A DNA stretch of 64,000 bases from Planctomycetota bacterium (lineage in GTDB: Bacteria; Planctomycetota; B15-G4; JADJEK01), in NCBI GenBank assembly GCA_044225365.1, contig JBGAIQ010000011.1, positions 64,001 through 128,000 on the forward strand, in the 5' to 3' direction. The notes beneath the pieces were generated by a model that was given only the letters and a program-made list of their open reading frames with translations, searched no databases and had not been told where the DNA came from. Shown in pieces: positions 38,401-47,323 of this stretch; the stretch's first letter is position 1; each line of letters begins with the position of its first letter. A program made the translations under genes and the position numbers.

Positions 38401-38851
38401 AGCTGTCGGCGCGCAGGCGATGCAGGAGACGTGCCTCGCAGTTCTTGATCTTCTCGACATAGTGATATTCGAGATTCGTATACGTCGACGTGTCGTCGAG
38501 AAGTTGATTGATCTGGGCGGTCGAAGCCGGATCGAGGTCCTTCAGCGCCGCATCGCGGGCCGGCTTCTCGTTCTTCAGATACAGCAACGCGAGTCGTCGC
38601 TTGAAGACCTCCTCCAGCGTCGCGAGCTCCGTCTTGATCTTCACTTCCTTCGAGGTCTTCTGCAGATCCTCCGCCTTCTCGGCCCCGGGGGCAGGAGTCG
38701 CCGTCGCGGGAGCGTTCGTAGCAGGGGCGGGCGCGGGCGCGGGACTCGGCGGAGTCTGCGGCGCCTGGGCGAGGCAAAGACCGGGCAGGAAAAAAGTGAT
38801 CCCGGCGAACAGACCGACGGCGGTCAGCGAGTGCGTGGGGGCAGGCCGCAT
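35486..38851 (-). CDS. Secreted clostripain-family (C11) peptidase with ComEA-like helix-hairpin-helix domain
   Basis: Signal peptide. VVDLNKTTREELLTIPNI...ILEY HhH motif. KWTVMVFLNAANNLE, WNHGAGW (His), LDFDACLM (Cys), ASQETEPGDG and GVSLYFP motifs. Confidence 0.85.
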   Translation of the reverse strand: MRPAPTHSLTAVGLFAGITFFLPGLCLAQAPQTPPSPAPAPAPATNAPATATPAPGAEKAEDLQKTSKEVKIKTELATLEEVFKRRLALLYLKNEKPARDAALKDLDPASTAQINQLLDDTSTYTNLEYHYVEKIKNCEARLLHRLRADSFQGIEDVLEVVKDKKFPASAAYSNLLNTLEMNYRFAMRKGLISDAEFAKDLAKRLADETTRIDGTAGHEALDLAKQTWKDVPPDQFPAYWFDPSSGPISYEFGEVPPSPPYPVVDLNKTTREELLTIPNIESEIADAILEYGKKYTYQGPEELRLVKAIPAQLVSPLQSLTVASHVSKKKKWTVMVFLNAANNLEPAGIEDVNEMEKVGSTRDMNLVVELVRYHGIEKKPKSNGGYFMNPYQERETQFYFGLDNDPGNARYYVLKDDDMVRVQSVVKANAGPADGGRKESLADFGKWAVEHYPAENYALVIWNHGAGWSGVSYDDNSKHGMDLPQVREGIEQIVSKLDNGKKKIDILDFDACLMATAEVGYELKDVVDYLVASQETEPGDGMPYDEYLQFLVKYPESTPLSFAKSMVENYVKSYAPKGSQTFGDMSMFAETKSAIRLDRMGDLRTAVENLAKQMEKRPQLFGEVTEEIVRDTRKFGRLIDVQDFATRLAAKAKDDAELKAACTAVTDLIGYPVDQYKLINEFVVKRRSPGAVVWGFNDWQSPPRNLAPFVFKSKWAKTPLTGPDEKGNYVAHIQFPPMLKDQKTGKMVAVSQIDYRFEDEQEKRVFKDFDNTFITTDFVENGPVVAEGHMVSNNRSHGVSLYFPAYLGFDKEYLKLRFSQDSAWAGLCQKFPLKKLENPQPIALLGVNHVTKGDREDLGKVVVKDEFRDRMLKWDFAKNWRADLGALSKKFDVITDPRPYGEDWFGLVKNWQSGIIVVDNHSGAANGGNPYAYVASGASAPTSIGPDGRTLMRYLKNGGRMLLTTPDVAREVWETPLYRDTLGLQYGFRWNYSYTFKTIGSQKLGSKSVEIEPARKGESIMVFEAMVGVEGAEPLCVLDDGRWVGATIARTDKETGKDYRAVVLGFYLADVKSADDRRALLERIFSFLDEKALPGDVSKTSAPSPATPAAATNTATGANRN

Positions 38852-38998
38852 GGGGGTTCCTTCTTGGTTTCTGCTGCGAGCGCGGAGAGTCTACCGCAAG
38901 CGCCGAATCTCCGAAACGGGGGGAATCGGGCGCGGCTCGTCCGTCTACGCACCGCAAGAGGAATCGTTGGATCGCGACGGGATGCGGCGGAAGCGTGG

Positions 38999-40288
38999 TC
39001 AGCGCTTAACGAAGAAGATGTCGGGATTCGAATCCTGATCGGCGCCGATCTGCGCGGACGCAGAGCCGAAGACCAGGTACTTCGCATTCGCCGACATGTG
39101 GACGCCGTTGTTGACCCCTCCGTCCGCGTTGAACCCGGCCGTCGTGCGACTCACGAGGATGGTCTCGCCGTGGACGACATCGAGGAGTCCGATCGAGTCG
39201 TCGCCCCCGTCGGCCGGGAACTCGGACGTGAAGTAGCTGATGAACTTCGCGTTCTTCGAGACCGTGAGACCGCTGTAGCCCGCTTCGACGACGCCGGGAA
39301 CGTGCGGATCGAAGCGCTTCATCGACGCCGTCGCTGTGTCGAAGAGATAGAGATCCTCTCCCGATCCGTTCGGGTCGTTCGGAACGAGGTTCGTGCTGGT
39401 CGACGAGAATGCGACGTAGCGCCCCTCGGGTGAGATCGCGATTCCGACCGTGTCGCCGTCGACCGGCGCCGACGTCGTATGCGACTTCGAGATCAACGTA
39501 TTCGTGGCGGTGATCGTGTCGTGGAGCCAGACGGTCTCGCGACCGAGCACCGATTGCGCATCGCCAAGATTGCCGCCCAAGGTGTCGAAGACGATCTTCG
39601 TTCCGTCCGCGCTGAGATGCGAGACGAAGCAGTTGTCGTTCGCCGATTGGGATTGGGCATTGGCGGAGACGATCGTGGTGGTCGGCACCGACAGATCCCG
39701 CAGGAAGATCTGCTTCTTGCCGTTCGCGAAGGTCCCCAGGTTGTTCGCCGCGGTACTGAACGTGAGACGATCGCCCTTCGCGGAAATATCCGCGTTGTGG
39801 CAGTCCGCGTTGGCGGAGACCCCGAGGGCATTCACCGAGACGAGCAGCGTCGTCTTCGTCACGCGGTCGTAGCGATAGATGTCGACGTCCGCGTTTCCGT
39901 CGGAGCTCGCGATGTCGGTCGCTGCCGTCTCGAAGACCACGTAGCGGCCGTTCGCCGAGATCCGGGGAAACAAACAGTCCCCGTTCACCACGCCTCCGCT
40001 CGCAGTCCGACTCGCGAGCTCGAACTGCTTCGTCTTGCGATCGAGGAGCAGGATCTGGAGCTTGTTGTTCGGGGTCGCCCCGGCGAGGTCGGCCGAACGG
40101 GACTCGAACGCGACGAATCGACCGTTCTTGCTGACGACGGGGTCGTAGCTGTACCCGGCGGCCGGGGTGCCATCCGAGTATTTCGTGACGAGGGCTGGCG
40201 CACTCTTCGTCGCGTGAGCCGTGTGGACGAGGGCGGCCGACGAGATCAGCCCGAAGAGCACAATGCGACGTGGGATCGTAGTGAACAT
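38999..40288 (-). CDS. Secreted TolB-like (PD40/WD40) beta-propeller protein
   Basis: Start MFTTIPRR (ATG 40288, GGAGG RBS). Signal peptide. Repeated ISANGRYVVF / ISPEGRYVAFSS / SADGTKIVF motifs. Confidence 0.85.
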   Translation of the reverse strand: MFTTIPRRIVLFGLISSAALVHTAHATKSAPALVTKYSDGTPAAGYSYDPVVSKNGRFVAFESRSADLAGATPNNKLQILLLDRKTKQFELASRTASGGVVNGDCLFPRISANGRYVVFETAATDIASSDGNADVDIYRYDRVTKTTLLVSVNALGVSANADCHNADISAKGDRLTFSTAANNLGTFANGKKQIFLRDLSVPTTTIVSANAQSQSANDNCFVSHLSADGTKIVFDTLGGNLGDAQSVLGRETVWLHDTITATNTLISKSHTTSAPVDGDTVGIAISPEGRYVAFSSTSTNLVPNDPNGSGEDLYLFDTATASMKRFDPHVPGVVEAGYSGLTVSKNAKFISYFTSEFPADGGDDSIGLLDVVHGETILVSRTTAGFNADGGVNNGVHMSANAKYLVFGSASAQIGADQDSNPDIFFVKR

Positions 40289-40432
40289 GACGCCTCCCCT
40301 CTTGGAATCCGGGCGAGACGACTTTCGTCTCGCCACGATCGGCCCCGATTCCCGTCGGTAGGCTGTTTTCCCGGAACTCGCCCTCTCGCCTCCAGTCTGC
40401 GAGGGCCCGGCAGAAACTCGAAGGTGTGAACC

Positions 40433-42535
40433 ATGAGACTCGTTCCGTACGTCCTCGCCCTGCCCATCGCCCTGTCCAGCGCCGCCCTCGCCGTGGACAC
40501 CACGCTCCCGATCCAACGCGTCGTCCTCTACAAGCACGGAGTCGGCTACTTCGAGCGTCAGGGAACGGTGAACGGGAACACCAACGCGACCTTGCGCTTC
40601 AAGCAGAACGAGATGGGCGACGTGCTGAAGTCGCTGACGGTGCTCGACAAGAGCGGCGGACGAGTGTCGTCGATCGCATACGACTCGCAGAAGCCCGCGA
40701 ACGAGATCCTCGCGGAATTCGCCTTCGACCTGCGGAAGAACGACATCCAGCTCGAGATGTTGAAGCAACTCCGTGGCGCTCGCGTCGCGGTCGACGTGGC
40801 GGGCCGCGGCCGCATCACGGGAGCCGTTCTCGGCGTCGACGAACGACTCCATGCCGAAGTGAAGGCGGTGCGCAAGGTGCCCATCCTCTCGCTGTTCGCG
40901 GACAGCGGCGAAGTGGTCAGCGTCGATCTCTTCGATCTCACCAGTCTCGAATTCACGGACCCGGCTCTCGCCTCGGATCTGCAACGATATCTCTCGACCC
41001 TCCGCTCGGCGCAGCGGCGAGACGAGAAGAACGTTCAGTTGGAATGCGAGGGGACGGGCGATCGCTCGATCTTCGCCTCCTACGCGATCGAGCAGCCGGT
41101 GTGGAAGGCCACCTATCGGCTCGTGCTCCTCGACGACGGCAAGAAGCCGCTGCTCCAAGGGTGGGCGATCGTCGACAACACTTCGGACGAGGACTGGACC
41201 GACGTCGATCTCTCCCTCATCGCGGGACTGCCGGTTTCCTTCCGGCACGACCTCTACACGCCGCGCCACGTCGAGCGGCCCTTCTTGCAGATCAAGGAGC
41301 AGGCCGTCGCCGCCCTCGGAACGACCGGCTTCCTAACGGGCGCATCGAAAGAGAAAGGTGCGATGGCGGGAGGTGCGATGGCGGCCGGAAAGAAGCTACG
41401 CTTCGCGGGCCGCGGCGGAGGCGGTCCGGGAAGCGGGAAGGACGACGATGCCGGGCTGGCGAAACCCGGTCTTGCCACCCTGGCCGAGCCCACCTCTCCG
41501 GCCCCCATGGGATTCGAGGAAGCGTTCGACGCCCAGCGCGCGGAGAGCGTGACGCGAGAGATCGGCGATCTCCTCGAGTACGAGATCGATCACAAGGTCT
41601 CGATCCCCCGCAATCGCTCGGCATTGCTCCCGATCGTGAAGTCGGACGTCGAAGGCGAACGCGTCGCTCTGTATCGCGAGAGTGCCCGCGCCGGGAACCC
41701 ACTTTCGGCGATCCGCATGAAGAACACTTCGGGCCTCGCGCTCGAAGCGGGACCGTTCACCGTCCTCGAAGGTTCGACGTACGCTGGCGAAGCCTACGTC
41801 GATTCCCTGAAGCCGCTGGAATTGCGTTACATCCCGTTCGCGGTCGAGCTCGGCATCAAGGCCGAATCGAAGCTCGAGAGCCGGCGCGAGCGAGTGCGTC
41901 GCGTCGAGATCAAGCAAGGGGTGATGCGATCGCGCTACGACCTGCGCGACTCGAAGGTCTATACCTTCACGAGCCATGAGAAAGAACCGCGCCGGGTCAT
42001 CATCGAGCATCCACGGCGTGAAGGCTTCCAGCTCCAGGAGCCGAAGCCGTTCGAGCAGGAACTCACGGTCCAACGTTTCGTCCTGGAACTGAAGCCCGAC
42101 GAAACCGCGAGCGTCACCGTGATCGAGAATCTCGCACAAGAGGACACGTTTTCGATCTCTGACTTCACCGCGGATTCGATCCTGGCGTTCGAGAGCCAGG
42201 GCATCCTCAACGAAGCGTCGAAGTCGTTCTTGAATGTCGTCCTCGCGGCGAAGGCCGAGCTGATCGACCTGCAGCGAAGCGTTCAAGGCAAGGAAACCGA
42301 ACTGAAGGCGATCGACACGGATCAAGGGCGCGTGCGCGGCAACCTTCGCGCGCTGCGGTCGTCTGCGGAGGAGAAGGATCTTCGCAAGACCTACCTGGAT
42401 CAGTTGAAGAAGGACGAGGAGCGTTTGCGCACTCTGCGCACGGAACTCGCGACCACGCGCGCCGCGGCCGACGCGAAGAGCGTCGAGATCCAGAACCTGC
42501 TCTCCAATTTCTCGCTCGAGTACGAAGTCAAGTGA
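40433..42535 (+). CDS. DUF4139-like secreted protein (paralog 1)
   Basis: Signal peptide. VVLYKHGVGYFERQG, DVLKSLTVLD, PVWKATYRL, LQGWAIVDNTSDEDW and IPRNRSALLP motifs. C-terminal coiled coil. Confidence 0.8.
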   Translation: MRLVPYVLALPIALSSAALAVDTTLPIQRVVLYKHGVGYFERQGTVNGNTNATLRFKQNEMGDVLKSLTVLDKSGGRVSSIAYDSQKPANEILAEFAFDLRKNDIQLEMLKQLRGARVAVDVAGRGRITGAVLGVDERLHAEVKAVRKVPILSLFADSGEVVSVDLFDLTSLEFTDPALASDLQRYLSTLRSAQRRDEKNVQLECEGTGDRSIFASYAIEQPVWKATYRLVLLDDGKKPLLQGWAIVDNTSDEDWTDVDLSLIAGLPVSFRHDLYTPRHVERPFLQIKEQAVAALGTTGFLTGASKEKGAMAGGAMAAGKKLRFAGRGGGGPGSGKDDDAGLAKPGLATLAEPTSPAPMGFEEAFDAQRAESVTREIGDLLEYEIDHKVSIPRNRSALLPIVKSDVEGERVALYRESARAGNPLSAIRMKNTSGLALEAGPFTVLEGSTYAGEAYVDSLKPLELRYIPFAVELGIKAESKLESRRERVRRVEIKQGVMRSRYDLRDSKVYTFTSHEKEPRRVIIEHPRREGFQLQEPKPFEQELTVQRFVLELKPDETASVTVIENLAQEDTFSISDFTADSILAFESQGILNEASKSFLNVVLAAKAELIDLQRSVQGKETELKAIDTDQGRVRGNLRALRSSAEEKDLRKTYLDQLKKDEERLRTLRTELATTRAAADAKSVEIQNLLSNFSLEYEVK

Positions 42536-42564
42536 AGCGCGGCGACGCAAACCGGAATATCCCT

Positions 42565-44643
42565 ATGAAGACCCTCACGACGAGTCTCTGCCTCCTTGCC
42601 GCCGGCCTCTCCGCTTCCGCAGAGGACGAGGCCGCCAAGGCCACCGCGCCCGCGACATTCTCGGACAAGCTGCCGATCACCCGCGTCGTGCTCTACAAGC
42701 ACGGCATCGGCTACTTCGAGCGCCAGGGCACGGTGAACGACGAAGCCCGCATCGCGCTCCGTTTCAAGCAATCCGAGATGAGCGACGTCCTCAAATCGCT
42801 CACGGTGCTCGACCGCAGCGGGGGCGCGATCGAGGCCATCGCCTACGACTCGCAGAAACCGCCCGAGATGCTGCTGTCCGAGTTCGCGTTCGACCTGCGC
42901 ACGGACGATCCACAGCAATCGATGCTGTCGCAATTGCGCGGCGCGAACGTCAGCGTCGATTTCGCGGGCCGCGGAGTCGTCGCGGGATCGGTGCTCGGCA
43001 TCGATTCGCGCTCGGATCGCGTCGATGGCGCCGAGATCAAGAAGCCGCGCCTGTCGTTGCTCACCTCCACAGGTCAGATCGTCAGCGGTGAACTCGACGA
43101 CATCCGTTCCTTCAAGTTCGACGACGCGAAGCTCGCCTCCGAGATCTCCCGGTTCCTCGAAGTGCTGCGCTCGACGCATCGTCGCGATCAGCGCTCACTC
43201 GACCTCCTCTGCCAAGGTTCGGGACAGCGCTCGGTCTTCGCGTCGTATGCCGTCGACCAGCCGGTGTGGAAGGCGACCTATCGCCTCGTGCTCGATGCCG
43301 GCGAGACGACGAAGAAGCCGTACCTCCAAGGTTGGGCGGTGGTCGACAACACGTCGGACGAGGACTGGACGAATGTGAAGTTGTCACTGATCGCAGGCCT
43401 TCCCGTCTCGTTCCGGCAGGATCTCTATACGCCCGAGTTCCGCAATCGCCCCACTCTCGATATCCAGGAGATCGCCGTCGCGAAGGTCCTGTTCGATTCG
43501 GAGTCGGAGGAAGACGGCGAAGAGAGGGCGAAGGACGCCCGGAAGGACGTGAAGTTCAAAGCGGGGGCATATCGGGGCGCCGGCGACGTCCAGGCTCCGG
43601 TCGGTGGCGTGGACAAGGCGTTCGGCGCGGCGTTCGAAGAAGTTCAGTCGCAATCCGTGACGCGGGAGATCGGCGATCTCTTGGAGTACTCGATCGATCA
43701 TCCGGTGACGATCCCGCGCAATCGCTCGGCGCTGTTGCCGATCGTTTCGGGCGCGGTCGAAGGCAGCAAGGTGGCGCTCTACAGCGAGCCCGCGCGCGGA
43801 TCGAATCCGTTCAGTGCGATCCGTGTGAAGAACACGACCGGGCTCTCCCTCGAGAGCGGGCCGCTCACCGTCCTCGAAGGAGAGACCTATGCCGGAGAGG
43901 CCATGCTGGCCTCCCTCAAGCCGAACGAACTGCGTTACATCCCGTACGCCGTCGATCTCGGGGTGAAGGCGACGACGAAGCTCGATTCGAAGACTGAGAA
44001 CGTGTTCAAGGTCGCGTTCTCGAACGGAATCATGATCGCGAGTCGCTACGCGATCGAAACCAAGACCTACTCCTTCGACAACAAGAACTCGCAGGCGCGA
44101 ACGGTCGTCGTCGAGCACGCTCGCCGGATGGGCCTCGAACTTCGCTCACCGAAGGCGACCGAGACCGAACTCGACCGCTACCGATTCGAAATCGCGATTC
44201 CCGCGCTCGAGACGAAGGCGATCTCCGTGGTCGAAGCCTGGCCGACGAACGAGCAGTTCTCGATCGGATCGGTCTCCGAGGAACAGCTCAGTCTCTTCGT
44301 CGATCGCAAGATGCTGAACGACGCAACGCTCGCGTTCTTGAAGGAAGTGGTCGCGGCGCGTGTGGCAATCTCGAAGCTCGACGCAGCCGTCGCCCTGCAC
44401 GACAAGGAACTCGCCGAGATCCACTCCGACGAGGACCGCCTACGCAAGAACCGCGAGGCTCTCGGCGACTCCCAGGAAGAGAAGGAGCTGGTAAAGCTGT
44501 ACGTCGACCAGCTTCGAGCCAACGAAGCTCGGGTTCAGGCCCTGTCGAAGCAACTCGTCGAGCTTCGCCAATCTCGGACGGACGCACAGAACGCTCTCGA
44601 CAAGAAGGTTCGCGAGTTCGCGATCGAGTACGTCCTGCCCTGA
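42565..44643 (+). CDS. DUF4139-like secreted protein (paralog 2)
   Basis: Same motifs as the upstream paralog. Signal peptide from ATG 42565. Confidence 0.8.
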   Translation: MKTLTTSLCLLAAGLSASAEDEAAKATAPATFSDKLPITRVVLYKHGIGYFERQGTVNDEARIALRFKQSEMSDVLKSLTVLDRSGGAIEAIAYDSQKPPEMLLSEFAFDLRTDDPQQSMLSQLRGANVSVDFAGRGVVAGSVLGIDSRSDRVDGAEIKKPRLSLLTSTGQIVSGELDDIRSFKFDDAKLASEISRFLEVLRSTHRRDQRSLDLLCQGSGQRSVFASYAVDQPVWKATYRLVLDAGETTKKPYLQGWAVVDNTSDEDWTNVKLSLIAGLPVSFRQDLYTPEFRNRPTLDIQEIAVAKVLFDSESEEDGEERAKDARKDVKFKAGAYRGAGDVQAPVGGVDKAFGAAFEEVQSQSVTREIGDLLEYSIDHPVTIPRNRSALLPIVSGAVEGSKVALYSEPARGSNPFSAIRVKNTTGLSLESGPLTVLEGETYAGEAMLASLKPNELRYIPYAVDLGVKATTKLDSKTENVFKVAFSNGIMIASRYAIETKTYSFDNKNSQARTVVVEHARRMGLELRSPKATETELDRYRFEIAIPALETKAISVVEAWPTNEQFSIGSVSEEQLSLFVDRKMLNDATLAFLKEVVAARVAISKLDAAVALHDKELAEIHSDEDRLRKNREALGDSQEEKELVKLYVDQLRANEARVQALSKQLVELRQSRTDAQNALDKKVREFAIEYVLP

Positions 44644-44650
44644 GCGACGG

Positions 44651-45181
44651 TCAGCGCGGTTCCGTGAAAGGCGCGAAGGCGACGCTGTCCTTCGTCTTCG
44701 CGTAATGCTCGAGCGACCACTTCACGGTCGGGAAGGCGAGATCATCCCACGGAATGCAGTCCCAGTCGAACAGCTCGACAGCCTGGCTCTCGATTCCGGC
44801 TGCGAATTCCGGTTTCGCGAGATGCGCGCGATAGATCAGGTGGACTTGGTTGAGACGCGCGATCGAGTAGATGCCGAGCAAGGCCTCGATCGTGATCTCG
44901 GCGCCGGCTTCTTCGAGTGCTTCGCGCCTTGCGCCGTCGTCCGCGCTCTCGCCGGCTTCCATGAAGCCCGCCGGCATCGTCCAGTAACCGCGACGCGGCT
45001 CGATGTCGCGGCGACACAGGAGCAGCTTGCCTTCGTGATGGACGACTGCGCCGACGACGATCACCGGATTGACGTAGTGGACCCAACCGCAATCGGTGCA
45101 GACGAGCCGTTCCTTGTCGTCGCCCGCCGGCACCTGACGCAGGAAGCGGAATCTTCCGCCATCGTGGGGGTCATTGCTCAT
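44651..45181 (-). CDS. NUDIX hydrolase
   Basis: Nudix box [23 protein letters not shown]-terminal [15 protein letters not shown] and IPWDDLAF motifs. Confidence 0.93.
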   Translation of the reverse strand: MSNDPHDGGRFRFLRQVPAGDDKERLVCTDCGWVHYVNPVIVVGAVVHHEGKLLLCRRDIEPRRGYWTMPAGFMEAGESADDGARREALEEAGAEITIEALLGIYSIARLNQVHLIYRAHLAKPEFAAGIESQAVELFDWDCIPWDDLAFPTVKWSLEHYAKTKDSVAFAPFTEPR

Positions 45182-45371
45182 GGCACGTCATCTTCGCACG
45201 GGCCTCGATCGTTCGCTGTCCACGCCGATGAGAAAGAAATAGCTCCGTCCGGCGGAATTCCCGGATCGCCGATTGCGGGAGCGGTGTCTCAGCGCCCGAA
45301 GTGCAGTTAGTATGAACCGTCGCTGCGGGCTCCATTTCCCGCAGCTGCGAATGCGATCCAAGGAGTTTCCC

Positions 45372-45569
45372 ATGAAGCGCTCGATCTTCGTCCTCGCAGG
45401 TGTTCTCGCTCTCGTCGCAACCGGCTGCACGAACAAAGCGGTCACCAAGGCGGATCAGGCCGCTCCCACGGCGACCGCCGACGGCAAGGCACCGTGCTGC
45501 GAAACCGGCAAGGACGCTGCCTGCTGCGCCGAAGGTAAGGAAGGCGCCTGCTGCGACGAGAAGAAGTGA
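45372..45569 (+). CDS. Small Cys-rich lipoprotein (65 aa)
   Basis: AAGGAG RBS. MKRSIFVLAGVLALVATGC lipoprotein signal. Three GK-x2-3-CC repeats. Confidence 0.8.
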   Translation: MKRSIFVLAGVLALVATGCTNKAVTKADQAAPTATADGKAPCCETGKDAACCAEGKEGACCDEKK

Positions 45570-45574
45570 TCCGC

Positions 45575-45706
45575 ACTGGGACCGCCGCGCTCATGTGACT
45601 GGGAGCGCCGGGCTCATGTGACTGGGAGCGCCGGGCTCCAGCCCGGCATCGGGATGGATGCTGTCCTAAAGCAGCGTGTTCTATCCTACTTGAAGTGCCG
45701 GGCTGG
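45575..45706. repeat. REP-like family 2: three 23-bp tandem units ending in a full hairpin, plus inverted partial partner
   Basis: Units at 45575, 45598 and 45621 (ACTGGGA[C/G]CGCCG[C/G]GCTC). The third continues GCCGGGCT-CC-AGCCCGGC. TGCCGGGCTGG at 45696-45706 is the inverse of 45638-45648. Confidence 0.8.
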
Positions 45707-45715
45707 CCCCCGCCC

Positions 45716-46348
45716 TCACGACCCCGGGATGGCTTCCGCCGCGAAGGCCTGCTTCTGGCCCGCGTAGCTCGGTTCCTTGTAGGCCTTCACGATTTCCGCG
45801 GCGGCGAGCCGCCACGCCGTGAGCGGGCCCGCGTGATCACCGTTCACCACGGACGCGCCGGTCTTCACCGCGCCCGTCCAGAGCACCCGTCCATTCTTCG
45901 GGTCGATCGCGCGACAGGTCACGAGCAGCCCGCTCTCACCCTTCACGCCGCCTGGCGCGGGCGCGAGCGTCGTCGAGGACTCGACGAGCGCGCCGACGAT
46001 CAGGACACGCGCGAGGGTCACCGACCCGAGATCGCTCCTCAGCGTGTTGAGATCGAGTTCTTCGGAGTTGCGCGCGCCGATCTCACGTTCGTCGATTGCC
46101 GCACGAAGCGTCGATCGCTCGACGGCGTGGATCTTCGCCTTCATGAACTCCTGAGCGAGCAGATCCGAGAATGCGGGACCGCCCATGCCTTCGAAGTCGA
46201 GGACGGCGATGCGGTCGGTCGGGCCGACGGGCGCGACGCCCGATGACGTGAAGCTCGACTGGATGCCCGCGAGGTCCGCGGCGCACGAGAAACCGAAGGC
46301 GGGGATCAAGACGAGGAGACCGCGGAGGAAACCGTTCGATCGAATCAT
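45716..46348 (-). CDS. CsgG/HfaB-like lipoprotein
   Basis: ATG 46348 with AAGGAG RBS. FGFSC lipobox-like motif. RIAVLDF, VERSTLRAAIDE and RAIDPKNGRVLW motifs. Confidence 0.7.
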   Translation of the reverse strand: MIRSNGFLRGLLVLIPAFGFSCAADLAGIQSSFTSSGVAPVGPTDRIAVLDFEGMGGPAFSDLLAQEFMKAKIHAVERSTLRAAIDEREIGARNSEELDLNTLRSDLGSVTLARVLIVGALVESSTTLAPAPGGVKGESGLLVTCRAIDPKNGRVLWTGAVKTGASVVNGDHAGPLTAWRLAAAEIVKAYKEPSYAGQKQAFAAEAIPGS

Positions 46349-46361
46349 GTTCGAATCTCCT

Positions 46362-47288
46362 TCAGCGCGCCTTCGATCCTGCGATCGAATCGACGAGTTG
46401 ATTCGCGAGCGATGAGACTTCGGCGAGCTCGGAGATCGCCGCCCCGCCATTCTCCGACTCGAGCAATCCGGTGAGCCCGGACGGATGATCGGAACAGCCG
46501 TACGCGTTCCCGATCCACACGATCTCGCCCGTCTTCACGTCGATCACGCGCACCGAGAGGCCGAGCGCGACTCGAACGTGCACGTCGTGCCACACGGGAT
46601 TCGCGATCGAAAGCGTCCCGCGCTCCCTTGCCGTGATGAGTTCCGAACTCTCGTTCGCGAGCAGAACGATCGGTGCGATGAGGACGCACAGCGGAAGAGT
46701 CGCTGGCTTCACTGAGAAGTCGTAATCGACGGCGTCGACGATCGGATTCCCCACGACGACGTAGTCGCACGGGAGCATCTCCACCCCGAACTGCTCCTTG
46801 CGGCGTTCGGCGTTGAGGAGTGGATCGTCTTCGCCGTTGAGGCGTTGTTCCCCGAGCACGCGAGCAATGCGCTCGCGCTCGACGACTTCGACCTTGTGGG
46901 CGAGCAACGCCGCCGCGAACGCGTGGTGGAACAGTTCGGAGCGCGCCGCGCGAATATCCGCCGAACTCGATCGCGCATCCGCGTCGAGGAGATCACCGAG
47001 CCTGCGGAAATCCGCAAGGCGCCGCTGCTCGGCCGCTCTCTGCGTCTCGCCCGCTGCGGGCGGGGTCGGCCGCAAGGCAAGCGCATCGGGGAGGCGATAC
47101 GCGACGGAATCGTCGAAGGACAGGATCGCTACGCGCTTGCCCTTCACCCCCTCGAAACCTGCCGCGACGTACGATGTCGCGCCGTCCGCCTTGGGTTGGG
47201 GGCTCGCGTTCTGGCACCCTGCGAGCAGGGTCGCCGCGCCGATCGCGAGAGCGGTCGCCGCGATGCCGCGGCTCCGAGGTGGTCTCAT
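46362..47288 (-). CDS. CsgG/HfaB-like lipoprotein
   Basis: LLAGC lipobox. KRVAILSF, VVERERIARVLGEQ and RVIDVKTGEIVW motifs. Start ATG 47288 or GTG 47327 (GTGA overlap with the upstream stop). Confidence 0.72.
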   Translation of the reverse strand: MRPPRSRGIAATALAIGAATLLAGCQNASPQPKADGATSYVAAGFEGVKGKRVAILSFDDSVAYRLPDALALRPTPPAAGETQRAAEQRRLADFRRLGDLLDADARSSSADIRAARSELFHHAFAAALLAHKVEVVERERIARVLGEQRLNGEDDPLLNAERRKEQFGVEMLPCDYVVVGNPIVDAVDYDFSVKPATLPLCVLIAPIVLLANESSELITARERGTLSIANPVWHDVHVRVALGLSVRVIDVKTGEIVWIGNAYGCSDHPSGLTGLLESENGGAAISELAEVSSLANQLVDSIAGSKAR

Positions 47289-47323
47289 CGTCCTACTCTT
47301 CTCCGAGGGTCCAATCGCCGCGG

